Origin: Octopus sinensis
Taxonomy: Eukaryota
Assembly (NCBI RefSeq): GCF_006345805.1
Contig: NC_043000.1
Span: forward strand, 64,294,001 to 64,358,000
Length of the DNA: 64,000 nucleotides
Direction of reading: 5' to 3'
Shown here: piece by piece, positions 38,720-51,479 of the stretch
Position numbering within the stretch: the first letter of the stretch is position 1
How the letters are laid out: every line of letters starts with the position of its first letter
Program-made: the position numbers and the translations under genes
The notes under the pieces: model-generated
Seen by the model: only the letters and a program-made list of their open reading frames with translations
The model's database searches: none
What the model was told of the DNA's origin: nothing

Positions 38720-38985
38720 CTGCATTACCTCTGGATATCCTTGTTGCACAAATAACAATGCTGTACTCGACATAAACAAACATAATTTCTACAGTTCAAC
38801 AAGTTCATATTACTAATCCCCAAGTTGGCACATGTGATTGTGGCCTTTTAACCCTGGTGTATGCATTTGAACTGGTCATTGGAAACTCTCCAGAGAAGTT
38901 TTTATTTGATCAGTCAAAAATGTGAGCACATTTAAGATTTTTCCTAAAAAAACAATAAATTTGTTCCTTTCCTGAAAGTAAAGGT
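38720..38985 (+). pseudogene. Ulp1/C48-like cysteine protease relic
   Basis: Frame from 38761 reads ..VQQVHITNPQVGTCDCGLLTLVYAFELVIGNSPEKFLFDQSKM*AHL..SFPE. This fits the Q-x4-DCG catalytic-Cys motif and the FDQxxMRxHL..PFP tail. Three in-frame stops. Confidence 0.6.
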
Positions 38986-39540
38986 TTTTCAAATATCTAC
39001 AAAAGTCACAGAAGTCACTCACTTTCTATCACCCACCCAGAAATGGATTACCCCTAGAAAGACAACTAAAAATTGTAACTTCTCACATGAACATTCAGAA
39101 CAAATTTTATCACCCAATAGGTTCCATGTTTTAAGTGAAGATTTCAAGCAAAGCCCAAAAAGTAATCGGGAATCTAATGAGAGTAAGACTCTGAGAACCA
39201 TTTTCTCAAGAAAATCCATCACACTAGCTCTTCCCTTTCCTTTTTTTCTTGCTTTTTTTTCTGTCTTTTCCTTTTCACCATTTATAAAATTGAAACTTAA
39301 AGACTGATGATGTCATTCTATGAACGTGTAGACAATGGTTGCCCTTGTTCATATTTTAGATTTGAATTTCTACAGTTTTGAATTTTTATCACTTTTTATT
39401 TTGAACTCAACAAAGACAGACTTGCTGTCAAGATATTGTTCAACCAATAAAATATCTATTGCAATCGCATTGTGCTTTTTCTCTTGTCAGTTTACCTTTG
39501 TGAAGAGTTACAGCAATCCTTTTAAAATATAATAATAATA

Positions 39541-40100
39541 GAAGCAATGACTAGTGACTGAGACTTTTGGAAATATGCTGTGCTTGAGAAGACCCAGCGA
39601 GCCAAATTAGACCATAACCTTGTGGCCTATGCCAAGGGTGTAACCAGCCCACTTATGCGTACCTTTCCTTCTTTGGACACTAAACTCTGCTTGCGAAGAC
39701 CTGTTGAGGCAAATGAAATCGAAATCAAATTCTATGACTGGCATCCGTGCTAGTGGAGCGCTAAGAGTACCATCTGAGCATGATTGTTGACAGAGTGGCT
39801 AACTGGCTTCCATGACGGTGGCACATAAAAGGCACCATTCAAGCATGATCATTACCAGCGTCACCTTACTGGCACATGAAAAAACATTCGAGTGAGGTCG
39901 TTGCCAGTACTGCCTGACTGGCCCCTGTGCCGGTGGCATGTAAAAGCACCCACTATACTCTCGGAGTGGTTGGTGTTAGGAAGGGCATCCAGCTGTAGAA
40001 ACTCTGCCAGATCAAGATTGGAGCCAGGTACAGTCATCAGTCCTCAGTCAAATCGTCCAACCCATGCTAGCATGGAAAGCAGATGTTAAACAATAATAAT
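39541..40100 (+). mobile_element. RTE LINE 3' end (end of ORF2 plus modular 3'UTR)
   Basis: EAMTSD*DFWKYAVLEKT matches the end of the RTE ORF at about 44640-44700, with the same 3'UTR. Confidence 0.85.
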
Positions 40101-40614
40101 AATAATTTAAATAGAGGTTAAAAAACCACCGTAAGGCATAGAAAATATCCAATGAATTACTAGTTTGTTATCCATTATTTTGTTGTGAATAGTAATATTC
40201 CTAAAATAATAGGTTTAAATATAAATCTTGGTTTATGAATATTCAAATTAAAATCCAGAAAATGGAGAAGTAACATTAATATAATTTATTAACTGCAAAA
40301 ATTCAACATGTTCACTTACTTCTGTTTTGATTTTGCCCAAAATAATTAAATTCCAGTAATTAAAACATTTTATTGGGCAAAATCTCATCAGAGGAGTGGA
40401 AAAGACATATTGTTAGGTTATTACATGTTATTCTTCCAAAATATCTCAACAGACTGAATCTCATATAATTACTAATATTGGTATAAAACTTGTCCAGTGA
40501 ATAATAGGTTATATATTGGTAATAATTGCTAAATAAATGTTAGATAGTGAGTTGCAGCAAAAATAGCATCGTATAAATGAGAGAACAAATCAGTATAAGA
40601 GATTTTTCAATCTT

Positions 40615-40772
40615 GAGTGGCTGTGTGGTAAGTAGCTTGCTTACCAACCACATGGTTCTGGGTTCAGTCCCACTGCATGGCACCTTGGGCAAGTATCTTC
40701 TACTATAGCCTCGGGCCGACCAAAGCTTTGTGAGTGGATTTGGTAGATGGGAACTGAAAGAAGACCGTCGTA
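40615..40772 (+). mobile_element. SINE family A head, fused to the downstream Dong fragment
   Basis: A and B boxes present; the tail half is absent. Confidence 0.85.
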
Positions 40773-40802
40773 TGTGTGGACTAGAGAAATGTGCAAAAGC
40801 CA

Positions 40803-42635
40803 GCCCTCTGTGGATAATGTGATAGAAGAACCTGTTAAACAATCAGCAGCACAAAAAAGTGACATGGATAAGGAGAAATATTTGGAACTAAAAGAAGAAA
40901 TACAGAGAAAATGGGAACAGGTAAAAGCACAAGACACCACAGACAGAGAGCCCCTACCAAAAGTCAGTATGGATAAGAACCTGAAGGTGTTGATTAAAAT
41001 TGGCAATAATGTAATAGATGAGATAAAATCAACAACAATAGAACCACTAAATATAACATCGCTAAACCAACTAACCTTTGCTACAGCTGTAACTATTATT
41101 GAAGCAAAAGGCATAAAACTAAAAAAGAAAACTGCTCACCAGAAGAAAAGACAACCAAAACGGAAAGAAAACTTAGAAAAGGATATCCAATGCATGAGAG
41201 GTGACCTATCAATACTGACCGAAATAAGTAACGGAAACCAGGTCAACCAAAGAAAAGCCAAGAAAATATGCCAAAAGCATGGGATCAAACAAAAAAATGA
41301 AATACCTAAAGCAAAAAATCCAAGCAAAGGCACAACGACTGTCATGATATATAAAGAGAAGCAAACAATTTAGACAAAACAAATTATTTGAAGAAGATGG
41401 AAAGGAATTTTAAAGGAAACTCAGTAAACAAATAAATGTTGAGCAACCGCCAAAGAAAGAGGATATGGAAAATTTCTGGAGTACGATATGGGAAAATGAA
41501 AAACAACACAATGAAGATGCAGAATGGATTAAGGAACAAGAAACACTCCTGGAAAATAAAGAAGTACAGGAATGGAAAGATATTCAAAAGGAGGAGGTCA
41601 TCCTGGCCCTGAAAAAGGCCAGCAATTGGAAGTAATCGGGAATAGATTGAGTACCAAACTTCTGAATCAAACAGCTAGTTGATATACACGGAGATATGTA
41701 ATCAGCATACAACGAAGTCATGAAAACCCCAGAAAATAGCCCAGACTGGTTGACACAGGGAGTAACATACCTAATACTAAAAACAAATGACACAGAAAAC
41801 CCAAAGAACTATAGACCAATCACCTGTCGACCAACAATGTATAAAATATTAACATCTGTTATCACTGAAAGAACATACACATTTCTAGAAGAAAACAACC
41901 TACTACCACCAGAACAAAACGGTTGTCGAAGAGGGAGCTACGGATGCAAGGACCAATTGCTGATAAACAAAATGATCCTTGCAGACTGCAAAACCAGGAA
42001 AACGAACTTGAGCATATCATGGATTGACTATAAAAAGGCATTCGATAGTGTAGCTCACTCATGGATTCTGAAAGTGATGGAAGTATACAAAGTATCCCCA
42101 ACTCTCATCAAGTTTATGAAACACAGCATGAATACATGGGAAACTATGTTGACGCTGAACCATTCCAGTGGATCAATAACAAGCAGACCAATCAAAAGTG
42201 GTATCTTCCAAGGGGACTCGCTGTCACCCTTAATATTCTGCTTGGCACTGGCACCATTAAGTACCATGCTCAACAAAACCGGGTATAGATATGAGATCAA
42301 GAAGAAAAAAGGGAGTCATCTGTTCTACATGGATGATCTGAAAATGTACTCAATAAATGACGAACAACAAGGAGGTCTACTTGCTACAGTTAAAAAGTTC
42401 AGTGATGATATCAGGATGCAGTTTGGACTAGAGAAATGTGCGAAAGCCACTTTCATAAGAGGCAAACTGGCAATGTTCTGTGGATATCCACGTAGATACA
42501 GAAGCAAGAATCCGAGCACTGGACCAAGAAGAAGCATATAAATACCTTGGCATAGATGATAGTTATGGCATAAAACATTCAGCAATGAAAGAGAAGATTA
42601 GAAAAGAGTACTACAGGAGAGTACGGTTAGTAAAA
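40803..42635 (+). mobile_element. R4/Dong-clade non-LTR retrotransposon fragment (RT domain), truncated at both ends
   Basis: NYRPITC, EQNGCRRGSYGCKDQLLI, WIDYKKAFDSV, GIFQGDSLSPL, HLFYMDDLK, FGLEKCA and YKYLG. Stops and frameshifts are present, and no C-terminal restriction-like endonuclease. Confidence 0.92.
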
Positions 42636-44096
42636 AATAGGTGCTCTTGGCACAACACCCAAAATGCTACCTAAAAGACACAAAGATATTAAATTTGAAA
42701 CTCATATAGTTTCTACATCCAGGTGTAGAAACCATGCCAAAGCAGACAGTAGAGCTTTGTGCAGTCTTATGACTTGTCAGCTCCAGTCAAACTGTTCAAC
42801 CCACGCCATCACAGAAAATGAATGTTAAACAACAACAGCTATGATGACGATGGAGATTTACATCATCCTTACATTGTAAACCCATACTCACTGGACAATG
42901 TTTGCACTTTAATTTCAACCATCTATACAGAATAAAGAGTGGGATAATCTTCAAATAAAAACTCATAACAACTCATAAGTGACAATTTAGATATATACCA
43001 ACAGAAGATGATTATCAGTAGAAAAGTTCTTCAGAGTAGCAACTACCTTACAAGCATAGCTTCCAAGAACAGAAATGTAGAGAATGTCAAAAAATTGCCA
43101 CAATCTCTCTACTTTATATTAAAGATATGTTGAAAAAAATTTAGATCTTTGGTCCATGCAACATCAGTACAGTATTCATAAGTAGGTCTACTCTTTGTGG
43201 ACATCTGTCCAGAACAAAGCCTCTACTAGAAGGGATCATACCCAAGAACTGTGTCTATTCCATTCTAGGCAATTATTGCAATGAATATAAAGAAGAGCAT
43301 TGTAAAGCTATAAACTGTGGAGAATGTCTTGACTCTTAGGACTCATAAGACCAGTTACCTGGTTTCCATAGTGTATAAGTGACGGAAATCACAACATTCC
43401 TTCTGAAAAGGATGCCAGTCAATCATAGGGTTTACAACTGAGTGAAGTGGAGCAATATGAAATGAAGTGTTTTACTCAAGAATACAATGCACCACCCAGT
43501 CTGGATGATCAATTTTGTGATCATCAGTAAAACACCCTAACCACTCAGCCATATATTCTGTGGGGAGACAGAATCATCATGTAAGACTGAGCATTTATGG
43601 AAGGCAAAGACAAGTCATCAACTCTTATGAAACAATGTTAAGATAATAAATAGAAAGCAACACTGGAAGATAAGACAATTGAAAGAACTAGTGCATATGC
43701 TGGTATTTGATTAAGAAAGAACATTAAACCTACAACCATAAGCAGAAGTTAGATTTAAAGCCCCTAATTTTTATTAAATATGTGTTCTATGAGAAAATGG
43801 GATAGTGATCATAAGCATTAAGTGTTAAGTGTGGTATTTTAGCTAGTGGATAATGATAAAAACACTAGTTCAAGTAGAATGAACAACAATAACACAAGAG
43901 GAAGAATAGGGAATAGAATATTCCTGGTAAGAATAATAGAATGAGAAAAGATATACCACTGGATTTCATAAAGGGTTTGTTTTGGAATTCTGAAAATGTT
44001 ACCAAATACAACGGACACCTGAAGAAGGCTGAAGGTTACAATAACCAAGATGAGGACACTTATCCAAATATATCAGTGTATTATATATATATATGT

Positions 44097-46088
44097 CAGC
44101 ATCATCATTATTGTTATTAACGTCCACTTTCCATGCTAGCATGGGTTGGACGATTTGACTGAAGACTGGTGAACCAGATGGCTGCACCAGGCTCCAATCT
44201 GATCTGGCAGAGTTTCTACAGCTGGATACCCTTCCTAACACCAACCACTCTGTGAGTGTAGTGGGTGCTTTTACGTGCCAATCAGACGGTACTGGCAAAT
44301 GGTGTTTTTTACGTGCCACCTGTACAGGAGCCAGTCCAGCAGCACTGGCAATGACCTCACTTGAATGTTTTTTCACATGCCAGTAAGGCAATGCTGGTAA
44401 CAATCACACTTGAATGTTTTTTTTTACAAGCCACTGGCACGGAAGCTAGTCAGCTGCTCTGGCAATGATCATGCTCGGATGGTGCTCTTAGCGCTCCACT
44501 AGCATGGATGCCAGTCATTGAATTTGATTTCGATTTTGATTTCACTTGACTCAACAGGTCTTCGGAAGGAAAGGTACGCATAAGTGGGCTGGTTACACCC
44601 TTGGCATAGGCCAAGGGTTATGGTCTCACTTGGCTTGCCAGGTCTTCTCAAGCACAGCATATTTCCAAAGGTTTCGGTCACTAGTCATTGCCTCGGTGAG
44701 GCCTAATGTTCAAAGGTCATGCTTCACCACCTCATCCCAAGTCTTCCACAGGTTCCCTCAACCGCTATGGTGTAGCACTTTTTCACACAGCTATCCTCAT
44801 TCATTCTCGCCACATGACTATACCAGCACAGTTGTCTCTCTTGCACATCACATCTGATTCTTCTTAGGTCCAACATTTCTCTCAAGGTACTTACACTCTG
44901 TCAAGTATGCACACTGACATATTACACATCCATCGGAGCATACTGGCTTCATTCCTTGTGAGCTTACGCAGTCACAGCCCATGTTTCACTGCCATGTAGC
45001 ATGGCTGTTCATACACATGCATCATACAGTCTACCTTTTACTCTGAGAGGCCCTTTGTCACCAGTAGAGGTAAGAGCTCTCTGAACTTTGCCCAGGCTAT
45101 TCTTATTCTAGCAGCTACACTTTCAGTGCCTCCTCCCCCGCTACTGACTTGGTCACCTAGGTAATGGAAGCTATCAACTACTTCTAGTTTTTCTCCCTGG
45201 AATGTGGTGGAAGTTGTTCTCTGCACATTTTCAGTGTTTATTGCTCCTGAGTATCTGCCACATGCAAAAACTATCTTCCCAGTTAGCCTTCCTTTGATAT
45301 TGCTGCACCACTTATGTGTCCATAACTTACACTGGGTACATCTTATAGAGTTTCTACCTACGCTTTTTCTACAGGTTGAGCGGGGCCATCTACCTGAAGG
45401 GATTTGTGGTTTGTCTGCCTTCCTACTTATTAGGACTTTGGTTTTAGCTAGGTTGACTCTAAGGTCCTTTGATTCTAATCCTTTTTTCCACACCTGAAAC
45501 TGCTCCTCTAGTTCTGATAGTGACTCAGCAATTAGAGCAAGGTTGTCAGCATAGAGGAGATCCCAGAGGCATTCTGTCTTAAATTCCTCTGTTATTGCCT
45601 GGAGGACTATGATAAATAGTAGGGGGCTGAGGACTGAACCTTGGTGGACCCCTACCTCTACCTGGAATTCTTCACTGTACTCATTGCCAACCCTCACCTT
45701 ACTGACAGCGTCCCTGTACATGGCTTGCAGAGCTCTCACTAACCATTCATCTATCCCTAGTTTCCTCATTGACCACCAGATAAGGGATTGGGGGACCCTA
45801 TCAAAGGCTTTCTCCGTGTCAACAAAAGCCAGGTACAGAGGTTTATCTTTGGCTAGGTATTTCTCCTCCAGCTGTCTTACCAGAAATATAGCATCAGTGG
45901 TGCTTTTCCTTGGCACAAACCCAAACAGCATATCATCTAAACTGACTCTCTCCCTAATTAGTTGGGCAATGGCCCTCTCTGTAACCTTCATTACCTGATA
46001 CCTCTGTAATTATTTGTAACTAAAGTGTCATCTTTACCTTTGTAGCAGTTGACTATGGTGCTGCTACACCAGTCATTGGGTATGACAT
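44097..46088 (-). mobile_element. 5'-truncated RTE-clade LINE (RT domain, 3'UTR, (GAT/AAT)n tail)
   Basis: IPNDW..NYRGI, FGFVPRKSTTDAIF, AFVDTEKAFDRV, GVHQGSVLSPLLF, LYADNL (YADD altered) and FHYLG. Flanked by TA/CA repeats. A second 3'UTR copy follows at about 46113-46425. Confidence 0.93.
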
Positions 46089-47679
46089 ACATACACACAC
46101 ACATATATATATATCATCATCATTTAATGTCTGCTTACTATGCTGGCATGGGTTGGATGGTTTGACTGAGGACTGGTGAGCCAGTGGCTGCACCAGGCTC
46201 AATCTGGTCTGGCAAAGTTTCTACAGCTGGATGCCCTTACTAATGCTAACCACTCTGAGAGTGTAGTGGGTGCTTTTTACATGCCACCGGCATGAGGGCC
46301 AGTCAGGCAGTTCTGGCAACGACCATGCTCATGCTCAAAAGGTGTTTTTATGTGCTACCTGCATGGGAGCCAGTCCGGCGGCACTGGCAACGACCACACT
46401 TGAATGTTGTTTTTCACATACTCAGCAGTAGTTCATACATCTGAAAAAAAGAAGCACACTCTAAAAATTAGAGCAGTAACATATTTATAATGATGGTTGG
46501 TTGTACTGCTCACCTACTTTTGTAAAGTGTGGGTACACTTAAAACAGTTGACTGTCTTGTGACTTCATGACTTAGTAGCTATTTATGATGAGTCTTTACA
46601 GTTTGTTGACATTTGCGTATGAGATGAAGGGTAACAACTAGACACAGTCCAATTTCATGATCCAGTTCCTTCCAAAAGATATAAAATACATAAATACATA
46701 AACACACACACACACACTCTCTCTCTCTCATGCATGTCTGCACATACTAACATAGAATTAGTTTTTCTTGGCCTATTATGATTAGTCATAGATGTCTATC
46801 AGAGCGAATAATCCTCAATAGAAATGAGAAATATGAACTATAACTTTCATAAGAATTTTTTTATAAACTTCAAGCTAAAGGGTTTTAAACCCAATATTTA
46901 CATGCAATTATTCATAGCTTATCTGCTTCAAGATCCAACATTCCCAAAAAGAATCATCATCATTATTTAATGTCCATTTTCCATACTGGCATGGGTTGGA
47001 CTGTTTGGCCAGAGCTGGTAAGGTCAGGGGCTGCACAAAGCACCATTGTCTGTTCTGGCATGGTTTCTATGACTCGATAGCTTTCCTAATGCCAACCACT
47101 CCACAGAGTGTACTGGGTGCTTTTTATATGGCACCAGTATCATTGCTTTTAATATGGTACCAGCATGAATGCTCATATGTTGTCATATATGTCGGGAAAT
47201 GTCATCTATCTACCATTGTAAGATGATTTTGAGGCCTCTGTTTAAGGTAGCAGAGCAAGTTTGGTGAGTGGTATCAAAATTGTATGTGAAGGAAGCTTTT
47301 GTAAAAGATTAAGGAGTGAGTAAAGAGAAGTGTTATTTGCAGAGGAGTATATTGTTAGAAATGACAGTGAGAAGAAAATGTAAAAATGAAAATCTAGAAA
47401 CACTAGAGTTGATAAAACGAGAAATAATGACTCCATACTCCGAGGGAGCAGTCTAACAAAGTTTTTGTTTGAAATATGAGAAATAGATGGAGATCATAAG
47501 CAGGCAACTAAGACAAGTGATCGGAGATAGGAGATGTGGGGATTTGCTGCACTTGAAAAGATGCGTCAAGTTAAGGAAAATCGTTGTCTTCCATACATAC
47601 AGGCTTGCCGCATAAAAAGCACCTGTGCCAGTGTTGTGTAAATGCACCCATGCTGGTACTGCGTAAACTGACCAGTGAA

Positions 47680-48051
47680 GGCAGAGGTGTGGTTGTATGG
47701 TAAGAACTTTGCTTCCCAACCACATGGTTCCTGTTCAGTCCCATTACGCGGTATCTTGGGCAAGTGCCTTCTGTTATTGCCTCGGGCTGACAAAAGCCTT
47801 GTAAGTGGATTTGGTAGGCGGAAACTGAAAGAGGCGTGTCGTATATATATTTATATATGTATGTATACATATATGTGTGAGTGTGTCTTTGTCCTTCTAC
47901 CACCGCTTGACAAATAGTGCCGGTATGTTTACGTCCCGTAACTTAGCGGGGCGGCACAACAGACCGATAAAATAAGAGCCAGGTTAAAAAAATACAAAAA
48001 ATAAATACTGGTGTCGACTAAAATTCTGCTAGGCGGTGCCCCAGCATGGCC
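47680..48051 (+). mobile_element. SINE family A with its tail cut by a mini-hairpin element
   Basis: Recognisable head, body and tail up to CCAGCATGGCC. Confidence 0.8.
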
Positions 48052-48059
48052 ACTTCTAA

Positions 48060-48137
48060 GGTACTACTTAAATACAGAGGTCCCTAAAAATTGACCCTAA
48101 AACTAACCCTATGGGATCTCTGTATTTAAGTAGTATC
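48060..48137. mobile_element. 78-bp mini inverted-repeat element, possibly Merlin-like
   Basis: 23-bp arms with 1 mismatch (48062-48084 and 48113-48135), GG termini. ACTTCTAA/GCTTCTAA flanks (7 of 8 match). Confidence 0.6.
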
Positions 48138-48279
48138 GCTTCTAATATATATTCTTTAATAAAATCATCAATCCATTACGATTCACTACAGTTGCTACGG
48201 TAGTAGCTTAAATTAATAACAACATTGTAGTTATTAGACAATTTCTTAAGTTAAAAATATAGTGCGAGCAGATATACTG

Positions 48280-48476
48280 AGGAGCCAATAGATTTCTAAC
48301 ATAAAAATAAAAAAATAAAATAAAATATTTACTTATAAATATAGTTAAGACATCAGGGGTGGGGAAGGAATGTATGGTTGTTGTAGATCAGTTTTTTCAG
48401 TGGTGAAATTTTTAATTCTGTGTAGTTAGTGGGACCCTGTTACCTAGCAAGGAAAAATTTGCTTAAAGTTGCTGTG
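48280..48476 (+). promoter_or_regulatory. Putative UCP4 promoter/5'UTR
   Basis: CCAAT at 48285-48289 and GGGGTGGGG at 48356-48364. CpG retention around 48200-49700. The TSS is not determinable from sequence. Confidence 0.35.
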
Positions 48477-48558
48477 ATGGTGAAAGATGGCAAGAAATAT
48501 AACGAATTCGCTTTTAAATATTTACTTTCGTCAGCATCAGCTGTTGTGGCCGAAACAG
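48477..48558 (+). CDS. SLC25A27: UCP4 (mitochondrial uncoupling protein 4) coding exon 1: MVKDGKKYNEFAFKYLLSSASAVVAET + 1 nt
   Basis: KYLLSSASAVVAET matches UCP4 KFLLSGCAATVAELA. Donor G|gtaagt at 48559. In-frame upstream stop at 48423-48425. Phase 1 matches exon 2. Confidence 0.88.
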
Positions 48559-50501
48559 GTAAGTTAACTTTGTTTTCTGGTTATGAACTCGTCTAATTTT
48601 TAATTTGCACTCTTATTTTTAACGTGAATAGCTTCGCTGCTCTTGTTTTTAATTAGTTGAGTACAACGATATTAGTAACTCTAGCGATTGTTGTCATATT
48701 AATGCAGTGTTTATGCTATAAAGAAACATGTGAAAACTTTATCATATTGGAAGAAAAGCATTAATAAAAGTTAAGTTCATTATAATATATTATAATTAAT
48801 GGGTATTAAAAACATTACACGTGTTTCGGTGCTTCAGTCCTTTGTGAAAAATATTAAAAAAAATTATTGATCTGTCTTTTACATATTGAAATTATGAGGA
48901 GCGGTTGGTTTCGATCAGAAAATAAAAGCATTAGTAAGTGGTCGTAACAGGGTAACGATAAATTTAGAGCATAAAACAGAAAATTTGTCAGCATGTTACT
49001 ATGGCGGTGTAAACGAATTTGTATTTCCTCTATCACGGTATGTTAGAAACATAGTGATATTGTTTTTATGACTTAATGCGTAAATATATTTATTGCTTAT
49101 ATATATATATATATTGCGGGGTGTGTTACGATTACGTTAATTTCTCTTTCCTTATTAGCAATGAGACGGCGAAGTATTGTTGTTTAGTCCAAGGTCAGAT
49201 TTGATCCAGTGGACCGCAGGTCCAACCGTGCTATTGATTGTAGACATCATCTGATGTTTTTGTTTGATTTTTTTTTTAAGACTGGAGGGTGTTTTAAGGG
49301 AAGATTTTACATCTTTAAGACTGCGCAGATGTTTTCTTATCGACTCCCCAAGCGAACTGTAAAAATAAATTGGTACTCATAATTCTTATGTAATCAAGAG
49401 GTCCCAGGTTCCACTCCATTGCGTGGTGTTTTGAGTGTTTTTTTACCATTGCTTTTAGCCGAAGCAAGCCCTGTGAAGGAAATCGAGGACAGGTATAATG
49501 TGGAAAGCTGTCCAATGGCTTATACCTGTAATTTAAAGGTCCAGTTTTGTCACGCTGATTCTGCCTGAGAATTGCGTTAAGGATTACGCGTGTCTGTAGA
49601 ATTACTCAACCGCTTGCATGCTAATTCAGTGAAATAGCTGTCATCGTTGAAACCCAAGGAAATCTGTTTTATGTGTTTATAAACATTAGACGGGTTGACT
49701 TCAGCATTTTTTTTTTTTTTGTAATTGTTAATAATAATTATGATAATAATAATAATAATGCAGCCGACAATCGCTGAAAAATCAATGATACATTTTAAAA
49801 ATAAATCCATAGTATTACTTTATACTTTTTTTTTTATTATTAACTGTGCAACGTGTGAATGACTGCCTTGGATTTCAGGACAAATATTCTGAGTCAAGAA
49901 AGCTTGTCTTGTGCTTCTCATTATCATTTAACGTCCATTTTCCATGCTGGTTTGGGTTGAGCGGTTTGACAAGAGCTGGCAAGCCAGAAGACTGTACCAG
50001 ACTTTGCTTTCTGCTTTTGGTATGGTTTCTACGGCTTGATGCCCTTCCTAATGCCAACCACTTTACAGATTGTGCTTGATAGGTTTTTTTTTTATGTAGT
50101 TATCAAATAACTTGCAAGACATGAACCCCACCATCCTCAACTGAGGTGGGAGTAGTATTGAAGGAAGCGTCTTTGTGGCTGGTTATGAGAGGTAAGAGTA
50201 TGATAGACAGACAGAAACAGGTCTCTTGTAGATGTTTAAGACAATTGATAACTGCTAATACTAAAGTACTGTATGCAACTTTTGCAATTAGTCATGCTAA
50301 CTTGCTCAGAGCAAAAATTTCTGTGGGTAGATGAGAAGAGATCAATAACAGGTGAATTCTAGTGCTACAGAAAGGAAAAGACAAAAGTCACTTTTTTTTT
50401 TGTTTGATTCATGCCTAGAACTTTCAGTAAAAGAACAAAAGAACTGGCGAACTTATTGGGTTTTTCTTACTTAGGTGGAAAATATTAAAAAATATCAAAT
50501 A

Positions 50502-50662
50502 GGTGCAGGAGTGGCTGTGTGGTAAGTAGCTTGTTAACCAACCACATGGTTCCGGGTTGTCTCACTGCGTGGCATCTTGGGCAAGTGTCTTCTGCTATAG
50601 CCCCGGGCCGACCAATGCCTTGTGAGTGGATTTGGTAGACGGAAACTGAAAGAAGCCTGTTG

Positions 50663-50703
<41 letters not shown>

Positions 50704-50858
50704 TTGTTCCCCCTAGCATTACTTGACAACCGATGCTGGTGTGTTTACGTCACCGTCACTTAGCGGTTCGGCAAAAGAGACTAAAGAGACTTGACTAAAG
50801 GCGATGCTCCAGCATGGCCGCAGTCAAATGACTGAAACAAGTAAAAGAGTAAAGAGAG
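50502..50858 (+). mobile_element. SINE family A
   Basis: Head and tail present, internal deletion in the tail. Confidence 0.85.
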
Positions 50859-51087
50859 TCCAGGTTTCCTTGATTAAAACTCAAAAAAATCAAAGGAGTT
50901 TGATTTTTATTTCAAAATTTAAGCTAGGGCAACCATTTATTCAATCAATGAATTCAAATGGATAGCTTTATGTAAAACCATTCGTTTTTGCCTGGGTTTT
51001 CCCGAAACTGAAAAAATTTGATGTTTTCTGTGATTTTGTTGTTTTTCATGATGAAATAAATTGTCCTTGCAAGAATAAAATAACATT

Positions 51088-51479
51088 ACTCTCTTTACAC
51101 TTTTTACTCTTTTACTTGTTTCAGTCATTTGACTGTGGCCATGCTGGAGCACTGCCTTTAGTCGAGCAAATCGGCTCCAGGACTTATTCTTTGTAAGCCT
51201 AATTCTTATTCTATCGGTCTCTTTTGCCGAACCACTAAGTTACGGGGACGTAAACACACCAGCATCGGTTGTCAAGCGATGTGGGGGGGACAAACACAGA
51301 CACACAAACATATACACGCACATACATATATACGATGGGCTTCTTTCAGCTTCCGTCTACCAAATCCACTCAAGGCTTTAGTCGGCCCAAGGCTATAATA
51401 GAAGACACTTGCCCAAGGTACCACGCAGTGGGACTGAACCTGGAATCATGTGGTTCGTAAGCAACCCACTTACCACACA
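51088..51479 (-). mobile_element. SINE family A
   Basis: Near full length, inverted relative to 50502-50858. Confidence 0.85.

Noticed and set aside
44015-44060. CCTGAAGAAGGCTG, like the 5' half of a Penelope-type hammerhead
   Set aside because: No downstream GAAA or stem III in this copy; at most a deleted remnant that cannot be supported from the window.
48815-48840. Minus-strand CTGAAGC-ACC-GAAAC-ACGT-GTA resembling a hammerhead 3' half
   Set aside because: The core is not CTGANGA, there is no stem II and no stem I pairing.
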